From assembly GCF_006345805.1 (NCBI RefSeq), contig NC_042999.1, positions 160,270,001 to 160,334,000 on the forward strand: a stretch of 64,000 nucleotides of DNA, in the 5' to 3' direction. The DNA comes from Octopus sinensis (Eukaryota). The notes beneath the pieces are model-generated. The model had not been told where the DNA came from. It saw only the letters and a program-made list of their open reading frames with translations, and ran no database searches. The translations under genes and the position numbers were made by a program. Shown one piece after another: positions 51,052-64,000 of the stretch. Positions within the stretch are counted from its first letter, which is position 1. Every line of letters begins with the position of its first letter.

Positions 51052-51533
51052 CCAGTTTACATGCATACATTATAAATTAATATACTTTCCTAATTGTTCA
51101 CATTAGCTATATTTCCTCTTTATCAATATATTACTCATTAGAGCTACAGTTAAACAAAACAACACCCTTTATGCAAACACCATAGCAGTATCTCTTATTG
51201 CTTTACCAATTTGCTTTAAAAAAATAATCTTAAATACATAAAACATAAAAATACTCTTTCCTTCTCATTCAAATGTTAATGTCACTTACAAGCTCCTAAA
51301 GCTATTTATGATTGATTTTTAACAATAGTCACAATACTCCATTTATGGTGGAAGGATTTATGTTGTATGCCGTTAACTTCTCATGGATATTAGAGAAAAA
51401 CATATCTTCCACAGGAGTACGAGCAATCTAAAGGAAGTGAAATGACTACAACTCGTCAGGAAAGAAAATCGGGTCGCGAAGTTAGAACATCGGAAGTTTA
51501 TTTCTGTGATCACTTGACAACTTCCGGTTTGAA

Positions 51534-51597
<64 letters not shown>

Positions 51598-54271
51598 AGT
51601 AGTGCTTTCTCTCAATCGCTTCTCAAAACTTTCTTCTTTTGCTAAATATCAATGCATTTAACATGCTGTGTCTTTATGACACATGTACAAAATTTCAGAT
51701 TGTATTAAGTTTGATAAATTTTGTTTCTAAACAACGGGAAATGCCTGAACTTTGGAGTCTTCTACTCCAAATAATAGAAAATTAACATAGCTTGCTCGTT
51801 ATCTTCGTCTGCGGCGCTCACGTTCTATTTTTGATTGCGATCGCCACTTGCTTTTAGCATGAGCACAACCACTTGCCAGTGACAAAACCTTTCATGCTAA
51901 ATGGAAGCTTAATTGGCGTTGGTTAAGTGTAGGACTTAACCTTTCAACCAAAATTGGTGCTGAGAAATTTCGCCGCACAGTCTAATGTAGATTTAGTTTT
52001 ATAATTTCTTATTCGATGCCTGATATTACGATTAGATTTGTTCTTTATTATTTCTGTATTGCCTTCCATCACAGCCACCTCTCTCTTGTGGAAGAAAAAA
52101 GAAAGTTCCATCTATCAAAAGTATTTGGTTTAAATGTAGGCTGTGTGTATGAGATAAAGGTAAGATGAATAGGATATCAGATAACACGGCATTTCTAGGT
52201 GCATGGTCTTTTCTCAATAGGGCTCTTCTAGGCGCATATCATGACAGAAGCAGAATTGCCTGCCATTGCAACCGGCGACAGCACGGCAAATTTTAAGATC
52301 GAATTGCTTAGTTTGCTGGATTCAAATCTCTAATGGTTATGAAAGTGAAAGGTGTTGAGGCTTGCTTCGATTTATATAATCCAAGTGAAACGAAAGTGAT
52401 GATAGCCATTGTCTACAACCTTCAGACATAGAGGGAACGTCTTGGCATCCTATTTACAAGTTCTATCCTTCTTTTCTACATGCATTCTGGTTTGTTCCTT
52501 TTTACTACTGCAGGGTATTCGTTGACGTCACTTTTCAAGGGAAGGATATTATGTAAATGACGTAGCCATAAATGTAGGCCATTCATATTTCTCTTGCAAA
52601 TAACGACCCTATACATCTGGGGCGGTATGTTGTTACATATTAACGAATGTGAAATGTATTTAATCTCAAACATTTCGATATCCTCGGCAAATCTTTGCAA
52701 GCAATCTTATACGTTCTCACATATCTGAGCAACTGAGTTTGTTACATATTTTGTGGATCCCTCATAGATTTCAGTGAATAAGTGTTCCAGCTGTTCACAG
52801 AACGACTAATTTATTGAATCACTGTAGCTGAATATTCCACATTTGCAACTTTGACATAAATCTCGGGTAGAATCAGTGTTGCACAATTTGTCCCAGAGGC
52901 TGGATCTTCGAATTAAAGATTTAATCCATCCGAAAAGCTTTCTTTCAGTTTCCGTCTGTCAATCTCGCTCAGGATTCTTGATTGGCCTGAACCTATAGCA
53001 GACGACACTTGCCAACCGGAACCTAGTGAGTGACAAGCAAACTTAACCACTCAGAAATGCTGTGCACCACTTTCTCTTTTCTCTGTATCTCACTCGAATT
53101 CAGTTGAAGATGTTATGAAGTGTTGTACTTCATCAAAAGTATTCAGTGTGAGAAGATATAGTTCAGTTTACAAATGCTCACAACGTTTTATTTTGAAGCA
53201 TATAATCAAAATAATGTTCTTTTTACAAAGGATGTATATATTTGAATGAAAACCAGCATACTATTGGTTCTCATTTTTGTTGGATTTTTTAAAAACCTGG
53301 ATCTGTAATCTAATGGACTAGATGTAATGAAATACCGAGTACAGTATTCTTTTGTCTCAGTAATCTTTAGAACACACACACTTCATTTCTTTTATGGAAT
53401 ACATCCATTCTAGTAAATGTGTTTCATTTCTATCTCAGAAAGAATCAGTAAGTGGTCAGATTATTGTTTGTTTGTAAAATTTAGATTGTTGAAATGTGTT
53501 TCTTTGACACTACTCAATAATACGTAGATAAATGGTTTTCTTTGGTATATATGAGTTTTCCGTACTGCTGAATATTCACTTGTCATCAAGGATTGCCAGT
53601 TTTAGTTGAAGATGTGGACAGATATTACGGCACAGTGCTACAATAGTAAAATGAATGGGTTATCTATCTATCTATAGTTCATAGTTAATGCGAGTCGGTG
53701 AAACATTTATGAAAGAAAAATGGCTGTGAAATCTAATTAAATGACTGAAAATGCTATTTGTGAACTGAATTTTACCAATTCGGACTAGTGCATATCAACT
53801 AGTAGAATACATTAGATGAAGAGTTAATTGCCTTAAAATTACCTTCTATGGGTCTCTGATCTCGAGAATTCCTCGAGATAAAAAGTTTAAGCGCCTTAAA
53901 CCATTTACATGTAAGTCCATCTAGGAGAAGTGGTTAATTGAAGTGAAAGTAGTTTTTATGGACGAACAGAATCCAGTCTTGTAAAATTGTCAGGTCAATG
54001 TCACTGATGTTGCTGTCAGTGCTGGAATCGGTGACATTTTAGTTTAACATCACATATTTTATTCTATTTGTTTAATAAGTGAATAGAACTACACACTCGA
54101 GTGTACTTTATAAGCATATAGTTTAAATATAAATGAAAAGAATTTGAGGTATTTCTGTCTTTACTGGCTTCGTTCTATTTAGTATCTTTCTACGATTATA
54201 ATATTAAAATGTATTTTTATCAAAAGTGTGTTATTACCCGAAGGTAATTCTGACGGGAATTTAATGGTCCA

Positions 54272-54318
<47 letters not shown>

Positions 54319-56041
54319 TACCATTTTAATGTACAGAGCATTAAAAAAAAGAAAGAAAAAAACACGATAATTATTTCCACACATAGGCGCAACCCAAACA
54401 GATGTAAGAGAATGAAAGAGTCAGGCAAAGGGAGCAAGTGTTTTTTTTTTTCTTCTGAGGAACTGTTAATTCCTTTAGATTTAAAACTGTTATTGGGGCT
54501 TTCAATTTCTCACATTCCAAACAACTTTAAAATAACAGTTGATGTGAATTAACATTGGTACATGGTCAAACGAGTCTGCGGTGCGAATAGAATCGATTAA
54601 ATCTACTCCAGAACTTCACTGGTACTAATTTTATTTGCCTCGGAAGACAAGTCTACGAGGTTTTATAAGGAATTTTGTTCATTGCTTTATCGATTCAACG
54701 ACTTAAGCTTCACAAATTAAATAGTTTGTTTCTCATAAGTTATTAATAAATAAAAATGGGTGGATTTAACTAGAAATGAAAAAAAAAAAAAACATTGTGG
54801 TGAGTAACATGTCATGATATCCCTTAGGTGCTGGACATATTGCTGAATAGAATACTTTCATATTGCACTGATGTTAATTAGATCATTAGTATCAGTGCAA
54901 CTGATATTAATCTAATCGTACAGAATTGAAAATAAGGGTAAAAATTGAATTAGTTTAGCATTTAAATGAAGCAATTTTGAATTTTTTTTTTTTTACATAA
55001 ATGTTATATTTTAAAATTGTTTACATCAATTCTTTTTAAGTATTTTAAATTATTTGTTTTACATGGTGAGCAATAAATTATTAGGACTGATACATCGATA
55101 GGTAAGATGATTAGAAAAGAGGATAACAAAATTTGAGATCGTAACTCTTTCTGCAAGATATATGATGGTGGGGAGGTAAAAATGGTCTCTCTAGAAACAT
55201 TCTTCATATTCATAACAAAAGAATAATCCACTTTTGTAACGCTGAAAGTACACAGGGAGCAAATGTTATACTCACATACACACACACACACACACAAACG
55301 TGGACATGCAAAGACTGAACTAATTTCGAGAGTAGTTTCAAAGAAATCATTCTGAGATATATTTAGGGAATATATTTTTTAAAAAATAACTTCTGAAACA
55401 TTGAATATTTCGAACTACATTTGGAAGGTATTTTGAATATCTGATAAAAGTTAATACCGATTATAAAATTTTGTGTTCAGTGTATGTATGGATAGTATCC
55501 AGTACTGTTTAGATATTCCAACGTTTATCACTGTCCATTAGCTGGAAAGCGTTAAATGATGATTCTAGCTACATTAGAACTTATTGCAGCTACCAAAATG
55601 TTCATTCTTGTCTGATTTTTTTTCCTACCCAAAGAATTCGAAAATTTTTCTTAATTCATGCCAAAGATGTAAATAATAATAATAATAATAATAATAATGA
55701 TAATGCACTTCTATAGCTACTTCCAAAGTCCAGGCTAAATTGCTTTGTAAATAATCTGTTGTAGAACCAAACTAGAACAACAGAACCACAGACCTACACT
55801 GAACTAAAGAATCATACCATGACTATATATGTTAGCAATTGCTAGATTGGCATACTTGACGTGGTAATAAATTTGATATATTTTTTTATTGATGAAATTG
55901 TTAAAAGCAAATAACGTGTTCGAGTTATTTCATTTTTTTCGATTTTTCTAACAAATTTCTACACTGTTTGTGTTAAACAACTTAAATAGAATTCCATCAT
56001 AATTCTTTTTCAGTGAAATTTAATTATGCAATGTATGTATG

Positions 56042-56090
<49 letters not shown>

Positions 56091-56222
56091 GTAATATGAA
56101 GGAGAGATTTCCTCTTGTTTTGCTTTTGTCATTTATGTCTGTAGGACTAAGTGATATTTTATTCATATGACAAAATCTGTGTAAGAAATTTTCTTGTGCC
56201 TTTTAGGACTATGTCTTGACCT

Positions 56223-56455
56223 ATTTCTTTACAACCCACAAGGGGCTAAACACAGAGGGGACAAACAAGGACAGACATAGGTATTAAGTCGATTACATCG
56301 ACCCCAGTGCGTAACTGGTACTTAGTTTTATCGACCCCGAAAGGATGAAAGGCAAAGTCGACCTCGGCGGAATTTGAACTCACAACGTAACGGCAGACAA
56401 AATACCGCTAAGCATTTCGCCCGGCGTGCTAACGTTTCTGCCAGCTCGCCGCCTT
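56223..56455 (-). mobile_element. SINE family B, long-tail form
   Basis: Full head (GGCGGCGAGCTGGCAGAAACGTTAGCACGCCGGGCGAAATGC on the minus strand), body and tail. Confidence 0.9.
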
Positions 56456-57178
56456 AGCCAGCTCAACTATTCGAGATAACTATAAGGTAATTAGCGATCA
56501 TATTTTTTGAAATGAAATATTTTGAAATACCCTTCTTCAGTTTAAATATTTGTATTGCTGCAAAGTTTTTAACGTAAATCACACGATCTCTTCCACTCAA
56601 GAGGTAACTGGATCTCCTAACTCTCCTCTCAAAACATTCAGTTTACACTATTTTCACGAAGTGTATAGAGAATAGATAAATGGAGAACATTTTAGTAGCA
56701 CTTTCCTTGCTGAGAATATACAATATGTATGAATATGTTAATTGCGATAGTTCCGCGAGTAATTTCAAATTACCACTGTTCTAGGTCAGGACCTCTTTGC
56801 ATAGGTCACATTTCACGCTGACGATAATTGTTAGAGTAGGATTAGTGTTTTTTTAGCATTTAAAATATATTTCTCCTGTTTTTTTTTTTTTTAAATAAAT
56901 TTTCTAATTACTCATAAATGTCTAGAATTGCGTGAGGCACAATTTGATCGTGAATGAAATGAGTGCAATGACCTCTCTATGCTACTAACGGTTGAGTCGA
57001 TTACATCCAGACTTCGTATCTAATTGCCATCTGTCTGGAGTCTCCATCGCCAAAACGTTAACCTCGCCAGTCCCGTTTCCTAAGTGAAATATGTATCATT
57101 GACTAGACTCGGGCTACTGCTATAAGCACTGTTTTGAATCACAAGTAACAAATATTTCGTTACACAAGTTAATCTCCG

Positions 57179-57576
57179 GGATCTTTTCGGTTTGAACGGC
57201 AGTTTTTTCTAGCGGTGTCATATGAAATTGTCACCCATAATTATGACCCTAGTATCGATCTATTGCATTTCAATCTGTTTTAGGGTTAGGGGTGGAGAGA
57301 AGGGTATCTTTTTTTATTCACAAATGTAAATAAACCCAATCTGTTTCTTAAACGGGGGACATATTCATACGGCACAGAATGTTTTTTACCTCAATAGACG
57401 TCAGTGATTGGTTGAAATTGAAGAAAAAAAACAATAAATATCTTACAAACTATAGAATTTTCTCAATAAGGCCAACAGAAAAAGATGTTTTATAAACACA
57501 TTCTACCAGTATACGAAGTTTAACATTTTTTAGTTACCTAGAAATTATGTTAAAAACTGCCGTTCAAACCGAAAAG
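57179..57576 (+). mobile_element. MITE family M copy 12
   Basis: Left TIR intact; right TIR lacks its last ~4 bp. Confidence 0.9.
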
Positions 57577-58029
57577 GTTTGGAAAAGACAGTTGAGAACC
57601 TACTTTAATGTACTTTTTTTTACTTAGCCATAGGTTCACATCTTTCATCTCTTCTTATTCGATAAAATAGATACTGCAGTCAATGTAATCAACATATTCT
57701 AGAAATCAGTGCCCCAGCATGACCGCAGCCCTATGACCGAACCTGCAAAAGAATGAAAAATACTTTAGCAGTCATTTGTTTACGACAAAAAGCTAATGAT
57801 TCAATAGCTTCTAGGAAGGTGAAAATCATTACAGCTACTCTGATAATCTAAATAAAATAGCAGACAAACAATCAAGCAAACAAGCAATCACTCAATTGAT
57901 CGTTTAATCGTATCAATTATTAGATCCTAGACAGTGTACGCAATGACTGTGATTTATGATGGAGAGGGTCAACGAAATTGTTCGCTCACTAAGGATGTTC
58001 AGAAGCTTATAATGGAGGAAGGTGTAACA

Positions 58030-58427
58030 TCTTTATATATAAAAGTGAGGTTGTGTGCTGTCTATCTCCTACGATTTAGATTCCTAACTACTCCCACATT
58101 TTGCGGTGCAGTTTAACCAAAACCGGGTATCTCATAGTCGTGATTCATATCGAGCCCTTCTGGGTATTAGCGCGCGTCTACGATGAGTCTACGATTTTAA
58201 AAATAATTTACCATCAATTTTTCCCATTTTTAATGCATTTTTGGCATATATAAGGGAAGTAACTCTCTAAAAATTTATTATTAAATCTCAAAACGTAAAA
58301 AGCTACAGTAACACCCCCCCCCTTTGTGGTTAGCCATATTGAGATGGCTATTATACTTTACATCTCTAAAAATGCTTATATAGTTATTTCCCTTACAAAC
58401 CCGAGCAACGCCGGGCGATACTGCTAG
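58030..58427 (+). mobile_element. Complete non-autonomous Helitron
   Basis: A|TC...CTAG|T boundaries with no TSD; subterminal hairpin CCCG-AGCAACGC-CGGG at 58400-58415; 5' TCTTTATATATAAAAGTGAG. Confidence 0.85.
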
Positions 58428-58742
58428 TATTGTATAAAACATGGAACTGTCAAAACACTGAAGATAGACATAGTTTAAGACGTCTCAAAGTCATTATTGT
58501 GTGGTTCCTGTTCGTGTGCTCTCATAAACTTTGGTTTCATCTGAAACCGTCGTTGCTGCACTACTAAGTGTGTTTACAACCGCAATACTAGTTTGCACCA
58601 AGTGTTGGATAGTGTACAAATAACCGTAGGAGGGTATGAACTGTGTATGATAGTAGAGAGAGAGAGAGCATTTATTTCCTTTAAAAACAACGTAACTAAT
58701 GAGACGAAATGTAAAGGTCAATAAAACTAGTATAAAAAAATC

Positions 58743-59596
58743 GGATCTTTTCCTTTTCATGGACAGCTCGATTAATTACTTTTCTTTAACTAAACACTTT
58801 GAACCTTCGTATACTGGTAGAATGTACCACATTGAACATCTTTTACTCTTAGCGTTGTTGAGAAAAGTTTCTATTTACGAAGTTATTTCGTGTTAAAGTT
58901 GTCGTATTTCGGTAATTTCAACCAATCAATGACGTGTATTCAGCTGAATAAAAATACTGCTGTTCTCTGTCAACAACAACTTCCGGCGGTGTATATTTCG
59001 TTTGCCAATGTTATTTATGATATATTGCATTTCTACTGCTTTTAGTGTTTTTTTTTTTGTTGTTTTTCAGCTACTATTTTCGGAAAAACCTCCTCCCGTC
59101 CCCGCCCCCATTTCTCGCAAATTATTGTTTTTAAACAATTTTTTTTTGCCAAGAACCCAGCTTTTCGGATATGGAGATTCCGGAAAATTGCCAAACATCA
59201 GAATTTTGAAAGTGTTTGCCCTCCCTTAACGCTCCCCTTCCAATTTTTTTCATTCTCACTTTGTTCTGTAACCCTAACCCTAAAACCCCGAAGCTAAAAC
59301 CAGTACAAACGCACGAACGATGTCATAACGGTGACAAACGAAATATACACCGCCGGAAGTTGTTGTTGACAAACAACAGCAGTAATTTTATTCAGCTGAA
59401 TACACGTCATTGATTGGTTGAAATTACCGAAATACTACTACTTTAACGTGAAATAACTTCGTAAATATAAACTTTTCTCAACAACGCTAAGACTAAATGA
59501 TGTTCAATATGGCACATTCTATCAGTATACGAAGTTTCAAAGTGTTTAGTTAAAGAAAATTAATTAATCGAGCTGCCCATGAAAATGAAAAAATCC
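58743..59596. mobile_element. Long-TIR (~260-280 bp arms) foldback element related to MITE M
   Basis: GGATCTTTTCCTTTTCATGGACAGCTCGATTAATT.../...AATTAATCGAGCTGCCCATGAAAATGAAAAAATCC; TSD AAAAAATC/AAAAATTC (8 bp, 1 mismatch); internal TAACCCTAACCCTAA. Confidence 0.85.
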
Positions 59597-59831
59597 AAAA
59601 ATTCTTGTGTATTATGTAGAGTTAAGTGGGTAAGAGACAAATCACTTGATGTGAGACATTTGTCTAGACGAGACAGCTGCACTGAAACAGGAACAAACGA
59701 AGTAGTTATTGCTGATGCTTAGCCCCAAGTTAGTCATGATCAAGCAGACCCCTGAGCAAAGTCACTATAGATGTTGCATCCCCTCCTTTATGAAGACAAT
59801 AGGGGAAAAGACATGATGTAGTTCTAGATAT

Positions 59832-60132
59832 CACGTGATCACGTGACCGACCAGACCATCAGATGTTTTACACATCGCTGGTCACAATGCGCTTCGCATT
59901 GTTTTAGCCTTCGAATGACGCCACCCCGCTGGCTAAGCGAGCAGGCCAACAGAAGAGTGAGAGAAAGAGTGGCGAAAGAGTACAACAGGGATCACCACCC
60001 CCTGCCGGAGCATCGTGGAGCTTTTAGGTGTTTTCGCTCAATAAACACACACAACGCCCGGTCTGGGAATCGAAACCGCGATCCTACGACCGCGAGTCCG
60101 CTGCCCTAACCACTAGGCCATTGCGCCTCCAC
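59832..60132 (-). mobile_element. SINE family C (tail type 2)
   Basis: Same head and 5' body as family C but a different 3' end (…GGTCGGTCACGTGATCACGTG); 12-bp TSD AGTTCTAGATAT. Confidence 0.9.
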
Positions 60133-61048
60133 AGTTCTAGATATATGTGTCCTATTTAAGATGTTAGTGTGATTCGAGGGAAAATATGGATGTTATTTCT
60201 AGTACGCCTAATGACGGCGTAGAGGTTTTCTGGTTGGATTGCGAAACCGGTAGATTCATCTCTTACCTACACGATCATTTAAGTTTGAAACACGAGTCAA
60301 CATAGACGCATGCTTTGATGGCAGTTTTTAAGTTTTATCTTAAAGACACGTCTAATTTTAAAAACTACGGTAGTGGGTGTGTGTGGGGCACACACAAGGG
60401 AAAATGAGCTTGAAAGCATCTCACCGAAAGTGTTCAATTTTTTTTTTTTCTATTTAAATTTTTTTTTTTTTTTCTGCCAGGTGTCACAAGATTGAAAATT
60501 TGCTTTTTGACTCGGCGGTCCAAACATTCCCCTGCCTACGCTGAAATATCAAATATGCTAGGGGTATGTGGTCTGTCACGTGTGTAATTCATCCCCCACT
60601 CATTCACAAAGCTTTATGTTTTATTACTCTGACTTCAATATAAGTCTATTCAGCAACGGAAGAAGACGCACACATATTCCTATCTATGAATTGTTCAAAC
60701 GTATTGTTGGCCAATTTTATACCACATCCTATTCTTTTCTTGTCTAAACTTGATTCCCTGTGCTAAAATACAAATTTAAAAAAAAAACAATAAGCTTTGC
60801 TAAACTTGCTAAGAGCATAAATAGAGAATTATTGTCCATTATATGCTGCCATCTGGTGTGTGTGTGTGTGGGACGTTAACTGTGTCACTTGATCGCCTTC
60901 ATTCAACAACTGTCAAATTTATTTCAAATAGGAAAGTACTAATTTCATCATAATAATGGTGTCTTACATTACTTCATGTTTTACATATTTTAGGCAAGGG
61001 AATAGGCGACTACATCAAAGTCTCTGAAACTCAGAATGAAGAGGTACA

Positions 61049-61466
61049 TGATCTTTTCGGTTTGAACGGCAGTTTTTTCTAGCGGTGTCATATGAAATTG
61101 TCACCTATAATTATGACCCTAGTATCGATCTATTGCATTTCAATCTGTTTTAGGGTTAAGGTTAGGGGTGGGGGGAAGGGTATCTTTTTTTCTTCACAAA
61201 TGTAAATAAACCCAATCTGTTTCTTAAACGAGGGACATATTCATACGGCACAGAATGTTTTTTAACTCAATAGACGTCATTGATTGGTTGAACTTGCAGA
61301 AATTGAAGAAAAAAAAACAACAAATATCTTACAAATTAAGAATTTTCTCAATAAAGCCAAGAGGAAAAGATGTTTTATAAACACATTCTACCAGTATACG
61401 AAGTTTAAAATTTTTTAGTTACGTGGAAATTATTTTAAAAAACTGCCGTTCAAACCGAAAGGATCC
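61049..61466 (+). mobile_element. MITE family M copy 13
   Basis: Both TIRs present; 8-bp TSD GAGGTACA. Confidence 0.95.
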
Positions 61467-61726
61467 GAGGTACATATAAATAATCGCGGAAAATTCAGTG
61501 CTATGCTCAGCTAATTCTATACCTTATATATTTAATACACACGCGCACGCACGCACGCACGCCGGTTTTAAGCCAATTAGACAGATATGTTCAAATTGGG
61601 CCCTATGCCAAAAGAGTGCCCAGTGAATACGTTCGAGCGGAGATCGCTATGATGAATGTTTAGTACATCATTGTGGATAATGGTGGAGCCTCAAGACCTC
61701 AATGCTTTTTGGATGGGACTGGCATA

Positions 61727-62052
61727 CACCCGTGGACATATTTACAAAGTCAGAAAACAGCACAGCTCCTATGACTTCAGGAAACATTTTTTCACGCTGA
61801 GAGTTGCTGAAGCATGGAACAAACTGCCGGCATCAGTTGTTAGTTGTCGGAGCACTGCATCCTTCAAAACTTCCATGCTTTCTGAGATTCGCCAACACAA
61901 CACCTGATTTTCTCCCCTCCATACACACACAAGCATGTATCTGACTCATGCATTGTTCGCTTTCCAGACATTTGTACATTACTGCATATACTCTGACAAG
62001 TTGTGGTGCACCTGAGCACTGTATACAATAATTTCATTATTATTATTATTAT
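61727..62052 (+). pseudogene. CR1-type LINE 3' end (ORF2 C-terminus, 3'UTR and (ATT)n tail)
   Basis: TRGHIYKVRKQHSSYDFRKHFFTLRVAEAWNKLPASVV...ASFK is the classic CR1 terminal motif; the element ends in TTATTATTATT. Confidence 0.88.
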
Positions 62053-62319
62053 ACTACACGAAACATAAAACAACAATCTTCAGCTTTTGTAGAGGGCACC
62101 ACTGACAATTCTCTAGTTTACCCCTGCCTTCCTATTGCCGGTCCTGCACAAACACAGTGAACTATCGTTGGATTGTACTAATAATTAGGGTGGACATCTA
62201 TTCCAATTAAATGTCCGAGTTAACCGATGAAGTAGGGTTAATATTGTGGGTATTTATGATATTCAGGATATAAACACTCCATATTGAACGTAATAAACAT
62301 TAATAAAGTTACAAAAAAT

Positions 62320-62586
62320 GTGGAGGCGCAATGGCCCAGTGGTTAGGACAGTGGACTCGCGGTCGGAGGATCGCAGTTTCGATTCCCAGACCGGGCTTTG
62401 TGTGTGTTTATTGAGCGAAAACACCTAAAAGCTCCACGAAGCTCCGGCAGGAGGAGGCGGCGACCCCTGTTGTACTCTTTCGCCACAACTTTCTCTCACT
62501 CTTTCTTCCTGTTTCTTGAGTAACGCTGCGATGGACTGGCGTCCCGTCCAGCTGGGGGCAACACATACTCCACAGAAACCGGGCTA
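62320..62586 (+). mobile_element. SINE family C (tail type 3)
   Basis: Family C head and 5' body, then CTGCGATGGACTGGCGTCCCGTCCAG instead of the type 1 or type 2 tail. Confidence 0.8.
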
Positions 62587-62849
62587 GGCTTGAAAAGGGC
62601 AAAAAATACTTTAAACATCATGTAATTACACAAAATGCGTAAATAACTATTTTATAAAATTATAGCAAGTAAAAATCAAAAATTTAATACCGGAGAGTTA
62701 ATTTTATTCACCTCCGGTAGGAGACAGAAGCTCGATATATTAGAGGGGACACAGGTAATACTTTGTCGCTATGAGTAGAATGAAAGCGACGAACTGGCAT
62801 ATTTGTTAAAGCGTTGGGAAATTGCTTTGTAGAATTTGTTCCTTGTTTA

Positions 62850-62990
62850 TGCGTTCTGAGTTCAAATCTCGCCGAAGTCACTTCAACTTTCATTCTTTTG
62901 AAGTCAATAGAAAAAAGTACCCGCATAATACTGGGATTGTCTAGTCTCACCGCCCTTAAAAATTGCTGGCCTTGTGCCTAAATTCGAGCT
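62850..62990 (+). mobile_element. SINE family B degenerate copy
   Basis: GCGTTCTGAGTTCAAATCTCGCCGAAGTC...TTGCTGGCCTTGTGCCTAAATT. Confidence 0.65.
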
Positions 62991-64000
62991 ATGATGACCC
63001 TCGTGGAGTTATCCACTCGAAGACATCTGAAATGTTTGAGGAGAAACTATGTCAAAAGCAAGTCGGTCATTAGTATCATCAGTAGGCTTAACAAACTGCA
63101 GCAAGGGTGGGAAGAATTGGTTTGAAGAATGAAGCGAGGTTCAGTTCTTGAACTTGCTGTTTGATACTGCTCCTAGATAATGAGTTCCTTTAAAGCAAGT
63201 CAATGTACGAAATTACATCATTAAATGTTTCTTGTACAACAGAGAGTTTTTGGGCAATGGTGGCTCGTCGCCTTCACCGGCCTTACTATCGCTGCTATTA
63301 CTTCTGTTTACTCTCACTATCTAGTATGCCTCTCTGTGTCTTCTAGCCAGATTCAGACAATGTCTTTTGTGCTACCTGTTTCACCTGTTTAGATGGTTTC
63401 CAAGCATTACTTGGAGTGGTAAACTTCTATAGCTTTCATAAATCATCAAACATTGAGTTTGTAGTTCTTGGCCTTCTCGTGAGTGCTTTTCTTCGTTGTC
63501 TTTTCTAAAAGCGTTCTCTTCTATCACCACGAAAACTTAAATATTTTCGTTGGTATAATTTCTTGCAAACTACAATTATACCTTGATACATTGGGTAGGA
63601 TCGTAGATAATACAAGGTGGTAAAAACATATACCTTATTTTATCGTCAAAACCGACAAGTTGGTGTTTAGCTGGGTGAGTATGTGCATTGTTTAAAATTT
63701 ATAGTACCTTCACCTCATGCGTAGAAAGTTTTAGAACAGCTTGCTATTTATACTCTGCATGAATGAAATGTCAGAAAAACTACACGTGCTGACTACAATT
63801 TCTTAGAATAGTAATAGTACGCTGGTAGCTGGTGCTGTCTTTCAAAATTCATGTGGGCGCACCTGACTTTCCACCATCACAAACTTTCAATACTGACTAC
63901 GTTCGCACAACACTGCGTCGAAAAAAGCTCCGTAATTAATTTACGATCATTCTTAAAATAGGAAATTAAGAGCCCTTTACAATTAATCACATCATTTAAC

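Overview
AT-rich, microsatellite-dense animal genomic DNA. The repeat families and TTAGGG motifs suggest an octopus (coleoid cephalopod); this is inferred from recall, not from a search. There is one clear host gene, a KLF15-like Kruppel-like transcription factor (about 48.8-50.1 kb, + strand, three C2H2 fingers in one uninterrupted ORF). The rest is mostly mobile DNA: (1) 13 copies of a ~420-bp GG...CC MITE with 8-bp TSDs and internal TTAGGG repeats (Merlin-like), plus a long-TIR relative; (2) at least five tRNA-derived SINE families; (3) three Penelope-like element (PLE) relics; (4) a Tc1 transposase pseudogene, CR1/L2-type LINE fragments, two ORF1-only LINE-like units, non-autonomous Helitrons and a probable solo LTR. 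The most interesting signal is a set of minimal hammerhead-ribozyme motifs. Two form a tandem pair downstream of a PLE, and others sit in the tail of a tRNA-headed SINE-like element, which suggests a SINE that uses PLE machinery. Also notable: several large palindromes, a MITE-mediated tandem duplication with a chimeric junction copy, and two ORF1-only elements whose 5' ends join the same position of a SINE head. Most entries in the ORF track are microsatellite translation artefacts. All alignments were done by eye.
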